DNA of 63,831 nt, filler included, from Neoconidiobolus thromboides FSU 785 (GCA_025603075.1; 6 parts of 6 records of this genome joined end to end with filler, not necessarily neighbours in it), one strand, 5' to 3'. Positions 37,636-52,289 are shown, counted from the first letter of the whole stretch. Notes: generated by a model not told the origin, from the sequence alone. A program made the numbers and translations.

Positions 37636-37722
37636 TGATTTTATAGAATTTTAAGCGAAGTTTTTAAAATACAAAATTTTTCAAAAATTGGATAAAATAA
37701 TGAAACTAATTCAGACAACCCC
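37636..37722. mobile_element. Right end of a longer TIR element (family B), emerging from a gap
   Basis: Ends tgaaactaattcagacaacccc|atat, the inverse of the GGGGCTGTCCTAATTGGTTTCA left end seen at 38755 and 58384. Confidence 0.65.
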
Positions 37723-38282
37723 ATATACTAATTATATAAATAAAAAAATAAATGATAATAAATACTCCTATTGCTTTGCCACCACTTAACAAACATTATG
37801 CTAACTATTATAAATCCCAGGTATTTACTAGATGCTATAGAACTATGATAAACAGAGACACTGATACTAGTTATACTAAATTAAAACTAGAAAGCAGTAT
37901 TTTTAAGTACTATTTTTTTAAAAATACTTACAATAGGAGATGTCTTAATGAAAGTAACCTTAACTAACCACTTTAATTATAATGGTATTGATAATAATAG
38001 CATTAAGAAGTTTATCAACTCTAATAATAAGTTGTTTAATAACTTTATTAATGCTTCTGACTCTATTTTAATAAATGAGATTGCCAAACTTTATATTTAA
38101 CTATTGATTTGTTTAAACTGTTTTCTATATAAAATAAACTAAAAATATATATTAGTATTTGATTAATACCATTTATCTTAATTCCCCTAAACAAGGTCTT
38201 AATTAAAGAATTAAATTTAGAAATCATATTTAAAAATATTATCAAAAACTACTAGAATTCAAATAGACATCCTTTTGATAAT

Positions 38283-38377
38283 GGGGGTGCTTTTTTGTGT
38301 TTAAGAATTTTACTAATAATCTTCCCACTCAAATAGTGCTTAAAAATGGAAAAACAATGAAATCAAAAAACATCTCC
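38283..38377 (+). mobile_element. MITE family A copy
   Basis: GGGGGTGC...ACATCTCC; flanks do not match. Confidence 0.8.
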
Positions 38378-38641
38378 AGATTTTGATGCTAAAGCTAATT
38401 CTACTAATTATATTTAGATTAATATGGTAATTTATAAAAATATATATAATATTAAATAATAAACCCTTTATCAATTTTATACTAAATCGTTTGATAGAGC
38501 ATTAAAAGAAAAGGCATATTTATCAGTTTTTAAGTTTGAAAGCTAGTTTTAGCTTTTCGAGTAATAATATTAGAAAGCAAAAATTATGACTTCCTTTTAG
38601 ATACTAAATTCTTTATAAAACATAGTTCCCAACTATTATAT

Positions 38642-38739
38642 GGGGGTGTATTGTTATGTCCAACAATTTTACTACCAATTTTTCCGCTTAAATAGCGCTT
38701 AAAAGATAGAAAAATAAAGAAGTCAAAAAAAACACCCCC
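38642..38739 (+). mobile_element. MITE family A copy
   Basis: GGGGGTGT...ACACCCCC perfect termini, ATAT flanks. Confidence 0.9.
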
Positions 38740-38754
38740 ATATAATTAAAACAT

Positions 38755-38804
38755 GGGGCTGTCCTAATTGGTTTCAGAATCTACTTAGAAATTAATCCAA
38801 ATTT
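38755..38804 (+). mobile_element. Left end of family B element, running into a gap
   Basis: ggggctgtcctaattggtttcagaatctacttagaaattaatccaaattt matches 58384-58433 at 49 of 50 bases. Confidence 0.7.
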
Positions 38805-39734
38805 NNNNNNNNNNNNNNNNNNNNNNNNNNNNNNNNNNNNNNNNNNNNTTAATTAATTAANNNNNNNNNNNNNNNNNNNNNNNNNNNNNNNNNNNNNNNN
38901 NNNNTTAAATATTTGAGTTAGTATATTTATTGAGTTTTTAACAGAAGTTGTCTCCATATTAGTATTCTGGATTAGTAATATATATTAACTTCTGCTTAAT
39001 GCTTGTTTTTGAAATATGTAATTAATTCTAATATAGTTCTTGAATACAATAACTGTTATTTGGATTAGATTAATTTGAAAAAAATACTTTTTAGTACAAA
39101 CACTCTTTAGTATAAATACTAGTATTTAGTCTAAAAAACATAGAACTTCATTGTTTGTTTATTTGTTTGAATTTTATAAAGATTAGTATACACATAATGA
39201 TTTTTTAAGGTTATATGTCACTTTAACAACTATAGTACAACGTATTCAATGATTTAATAGATCTGATTAAATCAAAGTTTGGCATCATTATTTTTATATC
39301 CAAAAGAAGATTCATAAATGAAGTTAAAATTACAAAAAATCAATTAAAATAGACTAAAATCAGCCGCTTCTAGTCCAAGGGTATTATTATGATTAAATAA
39401 TACTTAAATTTATGCTTTGAATTTGATATATTGGTAGGTATCGTGTCATAGAATCCAAAGTTTCATAGCTGACTATTCTAGTTCCTTAATAAATATTATC
39501 TATCTATTTAGAATGTGTTATTAAATTTAACTTTAGTTGTAGCTAAATAGCAATTACATTTTAATCTATTGGTGTTTAAGTCAAGTGCTGAACGTAGTTT
39601 GTTTTTGTTACTTTTTTCATTACAATTTTTCAAAGGTCGATAATGACTAAAACAGCCCAAATAAGTTAAATTTAATGTCATAACATTGCTATAATATAAT
39701 TTTATCAAAAATATTAATATCAAAATAACAATAT

Positions 39735-39821
39735 GAGGTGTTTTTTAGTTTCATCACTTTCCCATTTAAAGACTATTTGAGCGGAAAATTGTTAGTAAAA
39801 TTCTTAAAAAAAAGACATTCC
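39735..39821 (-). mobile_element. MITE family A, degenerate copy
   Basis: Reverse copy with small deletions. Confidence 0.7.
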
Positions 39822-40061
39822 TATACAATTCTATTGTTTGAATGTTTAGAAATTAGAAATTAGAAAATATGATCATTTTTTGATAGAGCTTTCTGATAAA
39901 AATTAAACGATTTTAAATCTTATTTACTGTTATTTTTAATCTTTTGAAATTATGTATTATTTTCATCATGTTAATGAATATTGTTTTAAAGTATGCTTAT
40001 ACATAGTTTTAAAGAATTCAAGGATTTGAATTGTAGATTTATAATAATTTGTTTTACAAAT

Positions 40062-40159
40062 GGGAATGTTTTTTTGACTTCATTACTTTTTCCATCTTTT
40101 AAGTACTATTTGAGTGGAAAAGTTATTAGCAAAATCCTTAAACACAAAAATACATCCCC
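40062..40159 (-). mobile_element. MITE family A copy
   Basis: 98 bp, flanked by the non-palindromic direct repeat AAAT (40058-61 and 40160-63). Confidence 0.88.
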
Positions 40160-40299
40160 AAATATTAAAATGTTGGACAATACACGTATTTGTATCTTGT
40201 TTGATGAAATATTAATAATATTAAAAGTATTATTATCATATTGGAGGTGGTTTTGGGACTTAAATAAAAACTAATGAATATCATGTTTTAATTTACAAT

Positions 40300-43200
40300 G
40301 GTTTACAAAATAGACAAAAAGTTACGAAAAATGTTTAGCATACGGGAATGTTTTTTGAATAGTAATCATATGGGTGATTTCATTTAATTTGCTCACGTTT
40401 ATTTTTGCTTTTTAGGATTCTTCGGTATTTCATATAATTTTTTCCCTTTCTCTTTAGCCTATTCATTTTTGTGAACATACTAATTCTTTCTTCTCTAATA
40501 AGGTATCCTTTTCCATAAATTTATTTACACAAGTTCATTGCTTTAACGTAGATCCCCTTCTACTAATGTTTTGTAGATTAAAACCCCCTTGTTCTAATCC
40601 GATCTGCCTTTCTTTCAGCATTTGTGCTTCAATCCTTTCTTTATCTAATTTACTTCTTTCTTAATTAGTTTCATCATAAATCCACTTTCCTTCAAATTAA
40701 TCTTTATTTCTACTACTTGCATTTTATACTTTTCATTCCCCTCATTTAGTTTTATCATAGCATCATCTTTTTCCGATTTAAGTTCCGCTTCTACTTGCAT
40801 CTTTTCCCTTTCTTTTTCATTAACTCTAGCTTTTTATTACATTCTGATTTTTTTCATTTTTTGTAACTGCTGGATACAGGGATATATTTTTGTGTTTAAG
40901 ATTTTTGCTAATAATTTTTCCGTTCAAACAGCGGTTAAAAGATAAAAGATGGAAAAAATAATAAAGTCAAAAAAAAACACCCCCATATACTACTTCCAAT
41001 TCTCTTCATTTGCATAAACTTTCCTTGAATCTTCTGTTTTTATATTTTCAGTTTAGAATAGCATCACTATTTACAAATTTTAATAGTCCAACATCTATTT
41101 TTTCTCTTTTAGGTTTCAAATTATCTTTACCTTTGTTAATTTCCAATAGACCTGCTTCTGAATTTACTTAAGTTCTAAATCATCTTTCATGAGACTTTGA
41201 ATAAATCCATTTTAGCTTTTTTTAAATTTTTAAATCGTTATCCTATTTGTATAATTTCCAGTTTTTTAATATTTATTTTTGTAGTTTCTTTAAACTTAGT
41301 TTTAGTTAATTTCATTATTCGTTTTAACATTTGTTTTTTGTATCTTTAAATATTCTTTAGACGTACTACCCTCAATTTCAAATGAGTACAAAGCTGTAGA
41401 GTTTAATTTTTTCCAATTTTTAGTTAAGAATACTTTTTGTATATCGTTCATCTGATTCATTATCGTTGATCTAATCTAAGTTTAATAGGTTGAATAAAAT
41501 TAAGTAGCGGTATCTACCTCCTCTCTATCAATGTTTGAAATACCTTTGTGAAAACTCATTTTAAAAAAATAAGTAATTACAGTTGACACCCCTTCATTCA
41601 CATATCTTTTAAATAATATGAATCTCAGTTCATATTTATATACCTGGATTGAATCAAATTTGTTAGTAATCTATGCTTATTTTTAATTCATTATTTAATA
41701 TTGTAATCATTTTCTAACATAGGTCAATTGTACAAATAATGTGACTTAATAAACTTTTTAATTTATGATAGTACAATAATTGAAATATTGATAATAATTT
41801 TAAATATCAACTTTCGTTAGTTTATGTTGAGTTTCTATGTTTTATTATTATTGGGAATATTGGGATAGCTTACTTTATAATTACACTTTCTGTTAACAAT
41901 AGTTTAAGAATTAGTCTACTATTCTCTAATCAAGTTATTAAATAATCAAGCATCAGATTTATTTAACTTTATTTATTCGCTTTAAAATGCAAAAATCTTC
42001 CAGCTTATTATGTATATACTTGATAAAAAGTTGTATCAATGAACCAAGAACAGGTGGTAAGGAGTCAACGAGTGAATAGCCCTTAGAGGCTTAAAAGAAT
42101 TCAATCATGTCGAAATCAATGATCGGCTTCAGCCTAACTACTATAGAATGTATTTCGTTAATTCATCAAAGCAGGAACCAGCTGTCTATCTATATTTATT
42201 CAAAACTTTGCTTAATTTCCTTAAATAGCTTCGGTACTAATCAAACAGATTAATTTTAAATCTTCATTTTATCAAGATAACAAGTTAAATTATATTAAAC
42301 TCATAAAAACTTTAAAATCGGTCATAACAACACTAAATAATCTATTTTTTGTTAGTTTTATTTATATATTGTTCTTACATCTAAGTATCCTTGACTGAAT
42401 TCACGTAATTTATCATTTCTCTCTCTTAACTTCTTTTTTCTTCTCAAAAACTCTTTCCCTTACTTTTTCAATTCTTCAGCTTTGTCCATAATTTGGATCC
42501 TTTATACTCCTAGATTTAATCCAAACTCTATATTCTCTAATGTTTTTATATTAACCATTTCATTTCCAGAACCTACTTCTTCGATGTATTGGAAATTCAT
42601 CTCTTCATCCGGCTTCATATCATATTATACCAATTTTGGTATAATATTTTTTGTACACCTTGAACTTTTCTAATTTATATTTTTCTAATATGGCTTTTTC
42701 CTTTATTCTAGCCTTTTCTCCAATTTAGTCTTTTCCATTTTAATCTTTTGTTTTATTTTGGCCTTCCCTTATATTTTCTGCAACTGGGTATTCTTTACCT
42801 TCAGTTTTTCTCGATGAGTTCAATCTCCTCCAAAGGTTCTTTGTTTTTCTGCTTGTACTTTATTACCTCATTTTGCTATGGAATTTTCAATAGTTCCGTT
42901 TATTATTTATTATTTTCAACTTTCAAGCTCTCTTCTTGTTTCATACCTTCTATTGGATGCCCCTTTAATCCTTTTTTTTTTTTTAAAAAGGTCTTCTTTT
43001 TGATTTTTTAGTGCTTCCTCTCTTATAATTTTGATTTTTCTGTTCTTTAATTCTGACCCTTGTGCTTTGTTTGGTTCCTTTAGTAATTTTGTTGCTTGGT
43101 GTATAGTTACAAACATATATTTTACCATACTTAATCTCAATCTTGTCTTCTTCATCTCCTTTTTTAATTTGGAATAGGTGTATAAAGTTTATTTATATTG

Positions 43201-46200
43201 ACTCATCAATTTATTTATATTGACTCATCAATTTATTTAACTTTATTTCACTTAATTCTGTTATACCATCTGATACAATAAAATCATCTGCTACAGCACT
43301 TTTATCTTATTGATGTTTAATATATTAAATGAAATTTCCTAATAAAATTGCACTTTCTTTTTCTAGTTTTAAACTTATACTTTGAATGTTGGTTTTTAAA
43401 GTATAAAAAGATTATAGAAAAAAGCCTTAAAAGAAAAAATATTTAGTAGAGTAAAAATCAACCAATAACTATAGCCGATTTTTAATATCAATTTTTGCAA
43501 CGTAATCATTTACAGTTTGAATCGCCATAGCCCAGTTAGTTTCAAATGATTTTATAAGCTAAAATCATATATGTTTACCAAAACAAAAAAAAATTCATAA
43601 TAGCCATAATAAGTAGATAAATTTTTATTGATTTTTTTTATAAACCGTTCTTGCTTTTTCACGTTGCTTAACCTTTCACATGATCTTTTTCTTCTCACTT
43701 TAAACCTTTTTCCCTTTTGGAAATGTCCTGAGTTTTTCTTCCTTAATAAAACAACTTCTATGAATTTTTTTCATTGAATATTTGATTTGATGTAAACTTT
43801 TCGTTTTTTATTGTTTATATCTCATTACTATCTTCCTCATATTTTATTTCTACAATTTGCATCGCTACTTCATCTTTTACTTTAGCCTTGACTCCCTCTA
43901 TTTGCGCCTCAGCCCTTGATTCTTCCTCTAATCTAGCCTCTTTTTTCATCCTAACTTCGGTTTTTTTCAGATGACTCGTTTTTGTTCAAGCTCTTTTTTG
44001 CATAGTTCACTTTCATCCAAAACTTTTTCTTTTTCTGTTATTAGGTTTGCTGTCATAGTATTCTATTCTCTAAGCTTCGACAAACTCTATGCCATATCAC
44101 TTCTTTGATTCTCTAGCCTATGTATTTCTCAATTTGAATAAGTTCGCTTCTAACCCCCATGTTTTTTATTGGACTTTTTCTTTTTTGACTTTTGAATTAC
44201 TGTCTCTCTATAATTAATTTTTTTACTATCCAATTTCTATTTTTTCGGTTTCTTAGCGTTTATAAATCTTACGATTGTTTCATTCTTTATGATTGATGAT
44301 TCTTTCCTATAAGACAATTGAAAAGTCTTATCATAAGTTTTAGCTTAACATGTTTCTAAATAGATTCTTATGCTTGGAAAATTTATTTAGTAGAATATTA
44401 CTTTTTCAATTGGGACTATGATATCATCTGATGGTATAAACTCCTCTAGTCAAATATCCTAAAACTTATACCTTTTTGCAAGAGCATACAAAATTTAAAC
44501 AATAAAATCACTTCCTTCTCCTCAGAATTTGAATCAACATCTCAAGAACCCGTTTAAAAAAACAAAAAATAAAAAATAAAAAAGTTAAAATATAAATTTT
44601 ATTTAAATGACGTAAAAAATTAACCAATCAATTACATTTATCTTTAAATCACTATTTTTACCATTATAGCCTTTTTAACCTTTATCTGCTAAAATAGCAT
44701 TTTATTCAAGTACCAATACAGTTATTAAACATCGGCGCTAGACATTTGATGTAAATTAAAGTATTATTCATTTGTAAATAGCTGACCTTCGAAATTTTTA
44801 TACTATTTACATTAGCCTTTAACATTGTAGAGAATACTATTCCTTAATAATAGATTACTATAAGAGTTTTAAAGCTAACCATGACACTCTTTCAAAACTG
44901 CTCGCAGCTGCATATTCCTTTAGCTAGTTATTCTTACTAAATAAACGTTTTGGGACTTATCCCTTTCAAGAATTTATTATGGTTGATTTTAAAGTTTATA
45001 AATAATCTTGCAAATTCTGTTGTTAAGATACAATAAAAATTTTCGACTCAAAAATTATATAGAAAAATTATAGTAACATTTTGCTTTAAATAAAACAATG
45101 TACTGATCTTTAGTAGCTGCAATAAAAGGAAAACCGGTAGATGAAAAAAGATCCAATAAAAGATCACTGTGATACAATAAATAGCTTGAAAAACGCTTAG
45201 TAGTAAATTCGGTCTATAATCCAGTATATTAACTAAAGAACCAAGAGATATGGACTTCAAGGGTTTGCCCTCTTAGAAAACTTTCTATTTTGAAGGACTA
45301 TATAGAGTTGATTTAGTGAAGAATGGCTGTTATTCTTGAAAGGCAACATCAATTAGAATAACATGATTTACATGACTGTAATCCATTTAATTGAAGTAGC
45401 AGTGTGTGAGCTACACGATGGAGGGAGTGGTTAAAGCAAAAAGTGATTCTAAGCCAAAGGAGATAGACTTTCAATGAAGGAGAATGTCAGGATCATTAAA
45501 TACAATTGAAAGATTGATCCCCATCAAGCGTATTGATATAAGTCAGTCGTAGTTTATGGTTCCATTTACAATCAACAAACCAATAAAGAATGATATTTAA
45601 CTCCAATAGATAAACTTACAATAAGGAATAATAAGTTTAAAAGAAAGCTAAAGATAGAAAAACTTTGTAAATATTTATTTGAAATCAATCAATATTATCA
45701 AGATTATTTTATTTAAAAGGTTGCCAAAATTAGACTACAATAAGCATTAAAATTATGAACATCATAGTAATATTGATACGAGATAATCTTTATTATCTTA
45801 GTTCGTGATTTACCCTCACTTTTTGGCATTTTCAGTGTTTCATGTAACCTTTTCCTCTTCTCTTTAGCCTCCCTACTTTTTTGTAGATCCTCTAACTCTT
45901 CCTTTTCCAATAGCGCAACTTCTTTTGCGAGTTGATTCCTATACATTTCTTGATATAAAATAGATTGAACGCCTTGCGTTGTTTGGATTTTAATCGTTTC
46001 TTCCTCTGGTTTTATTTCTTCTACTATTTTTATTACACCCTATTCTTCCTCTGATTTAACTTTAACATTTATTGTTTGGAATTCATTCTTTTTTCTAAGC
46101 TGGTATTTTGCTTTGTCTATTTACTCCTTCCAATCTAGCCTCTTCTCTCATTCTAACTTTCTCTTGTACCCTAATTTTTTCTCTCATTATAGTCTCTTCT

Positions 46201-48960
46201 TCCAATCTAGTCTTTTCTTTTTGGTTATTTTTAGCTTTTAGTTCTTTCTTGAAAGCTTGGACATTCTACATAAGTTCTTTATTTTTTTTCTTCTACAGCT
46301 ATTACTTATATCTTCTTCTGTGCAATTTCCAATGATTCTGTATCTAATGTTCCATTTTTAATATTCAAATCGAGCTCTTTCTATGATATTTCCAAAAGAT
46401 CCGAGTCTAGTTCTTCTTTTTCCTTTTTCAAACTCTCTCCTTGTCTCATAATTTCTAGCAAATCTAGCTTTATTTTTCTTGATTTATCAAGAATCTGTTT
46501 TTTCAAATTTCAATTGTCGACCTTCCGATGCCAGCCCGTGTAGCTCGTTTGAAGTTTTTAGAGATTCTATAAGTATTTCATTAGATGCAATCAACGTTTC
46601 ACAAGATCCAATTTAGTTTTTGTCCATCTTATCATATCTTAATTTACTATAAGCCTAAAAAGTTTAAATAGCTGCTTAATTTTAAAATATACTTTTTTGC
46701 TTGAATCTATCATATTTTGTGCTATAATAATCTCGATCGATTTGATATTGTTAGCTTAGTATTATTTAATAATTAGATTACGCTTAATAGAATAAATTAC
46801 ATTGTCTTTTTCAGTATTTAAATTTGCATAAATTCATTTTTAATTAGTTAGAATCAAAACCTAAGAGACAAACTATGCTGAAATACTCTTACTAAGGTTG
46901 AAAAACCAACCATAGCTATAGTAAATTTCTGAATTTTAAACATTCTGATTATTACTTTTAGTCAATGATGTTGGGCTCTTGTTTTGTTAAGCAATAGTAT
47001 TATAATATAAATAGCAGAAACAACAGATGTTTAAAAAAAATCAATAATAAAAGAATATAATGTGGATGATAATTTTTGTTAAATCTATTCATAATTCATT
47101 ATTGAGTTTCAAAATCCTTTAATAATTCATATAATCTCTTATTTCACTTTTATTTATTTTTGCTAAAATCATAAATTTCCTTTTTCCAATAAAATATTAC
47201 TTTACTTAAGTTCCTTCTTATCCAACTCTTGGCTTAATACGCCTTGTTCTCTTTTGATAGTATATTAATACTTCCTTCATCCGATTTTTCTTCTCCTTTC
47301 ACTACTTGTGATACAGTGTCCTCTTCATTTCCTGATTTAGCTTTTTCTTCCATCTTACGTAATTGACTATTTTTTATCACCAGTTCTCTTTCTTTATTAC
47401 GAATAACCTTTAGTATCTCTATATTTTTTTTTTTAATATCTATTATCTTAGCATTATTTTTTGAAAGTTCCAATAGATCGGTTTCCAACTTTTGTTTTTT
47501 AGTGTTCAAGTTTCCTTCATCTTTAATAACTTCCAACTTCCTGTTTTTTAATATTGCTTCTTCTAGTCTCTTTATATACTCCAGTGTCTGTAAGTTTCCT
47601 TCTTTTATGTTCATCTTTGCTTTCAGCATCTTTAAATATAATTTTAACCATCTTATTTCTCCTTTTAGTTCCGAATAAATCTAAATAGTAGATTAGTCTA
47701 TAACTAGAGCTCAATTTTATATAGTTGAATTTACCATCTCTTCTGTCGTTATAGGTTCACTTGAACTACCACTACTTGTCTAACACTATTTAATAAATTG
47801 AATAATATTTAAACAATAAAAATCACCTTTCCTTTTGAACTATTTGAGCTATTTATTTGTGAATTCATAATAAATAAATTTAAAACTTAAAATCCTGATC
47901 ATTTTGAAAAAATTTGACTTAAATAGTATGCTAAAACCGAAATAAGAAATTAACCAATAGGCGCGAGCTAACTTAAAGCTACTATTTTAACGTCATTATT
48001 AAGTTAGTATGAATTAATAACAATGCTATTGTTACTACGATGATTTTTAAATATAAATATAAGAAATTAAAATTGTAATAAATACAACAATGGTATTGCT
48101 AAAAAAACTAAGTTTTAATGTTTTTTTATGATTTACTTGGAACTTAGCATCCCTTAGTATTTCGCATGACCTCTATTTTTATAAACAGTTTTTCTTTATT
48201 TAGTAAAACGCAATCTTTATTAAATGCTTACCACTTGTTTTTAATTTTGATATTTGTCTTTTCACGTTATTTATATTTTAATTCATCCTCTGCTACACAT
48301 GACCTTTTCTATAGCATAGATATCTTTCCCCTTTAGAGCTTTTTCGTCTTAGTGTCCCCTTTTATTATAGCACTCATTTCAGTCATAGTTCCTTTTATTA
48401 TTTCAAGTTTGATTTTAACTCCGATTTCTCTCTTGATTTAAATTACTCTAGTACTCTAGCTTTTTCTTTCAAAACAGTTCCTTCTATCATTATAGCACCT
48501 TTTGTCTTATTGTTTCAGTCCAGCTATCTCTCCTAACATTCTAACATTCTAGCATTTTCATTTATTTGTGCTTCATACTTATTAGCCTTTTCTTTTCCAT
48601 TACTTTATGCTGATAACTCATCATTGTTCTTTTGTGCTGTTTTTCTCTGCTACTCTCACTTCTGAGTTTCTGTGGATCCGATTTCGAACCTTTATTTCTT
48701 TTCCAGAATTTTGAAGGTAAATACAACTCTCCAGCTTAAGCTTTGGGTTATCCTATGTAGGTTTTTAAGGATCCTTGATCTTTTTTCAAAACACTTACTT
48801 TGTATGGATCCAACCATCTTATTGGTTCCATTAATGTATGTAAACGACGCTTTATTGATCCGGACTCATCTATTTTATCATTGATTATTATTTCTATCTT
48901 TGTTATCTAGTAAAATTCAGTGTATGTACTTAAATTTAAATTGCATTATTATCTTATGCT
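40300..48960 (-). pseudogene. Array of about six decayed Glu/Lys/Arg-rich coiled-coil gene relics
   Basis: Approximate units: 40300-41558, 42360-43300, 43640-44560, 45713-46910, 47234-47868 and 48240-48960. All are on the minus strand with E/K/R-rich fragments and many stops and frameshifts. A shared (E/K)AR(L/I/V) motif and short 5' exons with GT-AG introns are visible. Confidence 0.55.
40878..40984 (+). mobile_element. MITE family A copy inserted in a coiled-coil relic
   Basis: Right end ACACCCCC|ATAT, left flank ATAC; short internal duplication (aaagat). Confidence 0.8.
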
Positions 48961-49240
48961 TTTCGGTATTGGAATTGCACTTATGAAAGTTTGTTAAAAA
49001 ACTATCAACTACCGAATCCTCTTAAACTTTAATTCATGACCTCCACGCAACCATTAAACCTCACCAATCATCAATAATTTTCCCACCATTTTTATTCAAT
49101 TTTAATAAGCTTCTACCAATGATTTCATTTTCATTTTCATTTAATAAGATAAAATTAGCACTCAAAATAAATAGCATTCAAAACTGTTAAATTTATACTT
49201 GGAACTTTTAATAATTTTAATAATTTTAACAATTTTAACA

Positions 49241-52170
49241 ATGTCAAGTCCAAAATTAAAAAATAATCCAATAATCAATGGCGGATCACAAAAGCAGGGT
49301 TCAGGTTCAAGTAGCCACAGAAGTGGTGGTGGAAGTGGTGGGGGTAAAGTGACGAAATTTATTGATTTAACAAATAAAAAATTAACTGAATTACCAAGTG
49401 ATTTGGAAAGTTATAAAGTTGGATTAGAAAAGTAAGTAAAATGAATGTTGTAGAAATAATTAAGTATTAAACATTAATAATTATCTATTTTTTAGATTGA
49501 GTTTATTTTATAATCAATTATCCACATTACCAAAATTTTTAAAGAATTTTGAACATTTAGTCCATTTAAATTTAAGGTCAAATAATTTTACTGAGTTTCC
49601 TAAAGTGGTGGGTTTAAATTTAATAATTGATAAATTAATACAATGAATTAACACTACTTTATTATTAATCTAGCTATGCTATTTACCCAATTTAGAGATC
49701 TTAGACATATCTAGAAATAAGTTAAGGATGTTACCTAAAGAAGCTAATAACTTATTAGAGCTAAGGGTAATTAAGCTAGATAAATAAAATCTATAATACA
49801 TCATATTGACTATTACTATAGATGCTTAATATCAGTAAAAATCATTTAGTCACACTACCTTCTTACATCGGGAAAATGCATCGGTTAGAAATTTTAAAAA
49901 TTGAAAATAATCCATTCCATCCCAGTTTAGAGCTATTAGATAAAGTAAAAATAGAAGACAAAGTGAAATGGTTAGTTCAATTAAAAAAATATTTATTAGA
50001 GAGAGAAAATAATCAAATTAATTTCAATCGAAATCATCGTTCTACTTTAAATACTCATCATTCAGAAAACAAGTTAAAAATATCTAAAGCAAAAACAATT
50101 GGCGGATTGAAATCGAAGCCTATTAATATACCAAATAAAAAAGAAAGTACCAGTAAAGTAGATATAGAAGAGAGTCATAATGAGTTTAAAGATAATGATT
50201 TGGAACATGAAAGCAGGTAAAATAAGTTATAAAATATATTATAATTGATATTTAGAATAAATTTTAGTGATGTTGAATCCAGTTATACAAATGAGAGATT
50301 ATCAATAAATAATAATGGTAATAGTAATATGAGAGATCGAATGAATTCATATGATAGTGCTATGATATCCCCAAATAATAATACCCATAATAAATTACAA
50401 TTATGTGATGAATTTGAATTTAATAAACAAAGAAGTCGAATGAATTCAGTAGATCAACTAAAATCACCAACAAAGGAAAGAAGTCGAATGAATTCAATAG
50501 ATGAAATAAAGCCTAAAAAAGAAGCCATTAATTTGAGTAGTTTAGATGAATTTAATTTAACAAGTAAAGAAAGAAGTCGTATGAATTCATTAGAAGAAAA
50601 TAAACATCACTTGAAACAAAGAGGTCGATTAAATTCATTAGATCAAAATGGGGTGACTATTAAAGTTAATAAAGTTAAAGAGATTGGAACACTTAGTGAA
50701 GAAATAGAAGAAAATATTAATAGTAGTGATATATGTAATAGTAGAAAAAGTTCGCCTGATAATTCAAAGGGATATTTAGAATGTCAAAATAATAAACAAG
50801 GTAATAATAAGCAAATTGAAGAAAATCATAGTGGAAATATAACTACATTCAGTGATGAAGAAAATAACAGTAAAAGTTTATCTGATTCTAATGAGGATCA
50901 CTCAGAAGGTAATAGTGATTCAACAGAAAGTTTAGAAATTAAAACCATTAAGCCAAAGAAAAAGATGAGTATTAAAGCGAAACAAATGGACATCAAAATG
51001 AAAAAAAAGAATAAGAATAACAAACTAATGGATCGATCAATTAGTTTAAGGTTACCTAAAGAAAAATATGAAATGAATTATACTTCAGATGAAGAAAATA
51101 ATGAAGATCAATTGATATTGTTAAAAAAATGCCAATTAAAATTAATCAAATATCAACAAAAGGTCAATAAAACACAAGATAAAGAAATATTAGAAAGTAA
51201 TATAATATTATTAGATATAATTTATTCAATACAATTATTATTAGACCGGTTTTATCCATATATTACTATAATAAATCAATTAGAAATAACTAAAGAATAT
51301 CAAAAAACAATTAGTAATTTAATGAATTGTATTAATTTTGAGTTCAAATTGAAATGGGTTAAATCATTAATCCTCAGTTTAAGAAATTTAATTCAATTAA
51401 TACAAATTCAATTTAATCAAATTGATAATAATTTAATTAAAAATTTAGCTTTTGTTTTACATGAAGCAACCTTATTTTTAAGACAAGCTTATATTAATTT
51501 ATTAAATTTATTTAATACAAATAAAAAAGTAGTCACTTTTAAACAAGAAAAAAATAATCAATTCGAATACCAAGAACAAAGTCATAAATTAAAGTCGAAT
51601 GTTAATATTGAAGATAATGTTAATAGTAATACTGACAATGATAACAACATAATTAATCCCCTCAATGATTCCACTCCACAAGAAGAAGAAACAAGTAAAT
51701 CACAAGAGCTATATAATAGTGTCAGTACATGTACTCAGATAGCATTTAAAGCGATCCAGTTATTGTGTATTGAATATAAAATATCTGAAAAAGATAGGGA
51801 TCGAGATCGAGGTAATTTATTATCCCCCATTCATGGAGGTGATATGTTAAATTTTGATACAAATGAAACTAAGGATTTATCTACAATTATCAGTTATATT
51901 ATTGCAGCTGAAGATTCGACTCAACTATTAGTATCTAGTTTAAATTTAATCGCGAATTGTGAAGAGCTTCCTCCCTACCTTTGGCAACGATTTTTACAGG
52001 ATAATTCCAAATTTTTAAAAGATATATTTCAATTGATTGATAGTATTAAAGGAAATAGTAAAGAGTTTGACTTGAGTTTGAAGGAAAGTGTTAAGGGATT
52101 AATTAAGGAGGCAAAAGTATTAATTATACTATTAAATCAAATGGATTTAAAATGTTTGGATGGGAGTTAA
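49241..52170 (+). CDS. SOG2: N-terminal LRR protein with helical C-terminus, Sog2-like (RAM network); multi-exon
   Basis: IDLTNKKLTELP, LSLFYNQLSTLP, LNLRSNNFTEFPKV, LEILDISRNKLRMLP, LNISKNHLVTLP and LKIENNPF; long low-complexity middle; helical C-terminal region. The Sog2 assignment rests on architecture. Confidence 0.6.
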
Positions 52171-52289
52171 TTAAGTATTTTTTAATCTAATAAAACTTTA
52201 AAATTTTATACTATTTTTTGAATTTTGTTTATAAAATAAAATCTAAAAATTACGTTTTCATTTTCTTAATTCTAATTTCTTCAAATAAC

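Noticed and set aside
40300-48960. Stop-codon reassignment as an explanation for the interrupted ORFs
   Set aside because: Intact genes here end in TAA, TAG and TGA, and the relics also contain frameshifts. Decay is the simpler explanation.
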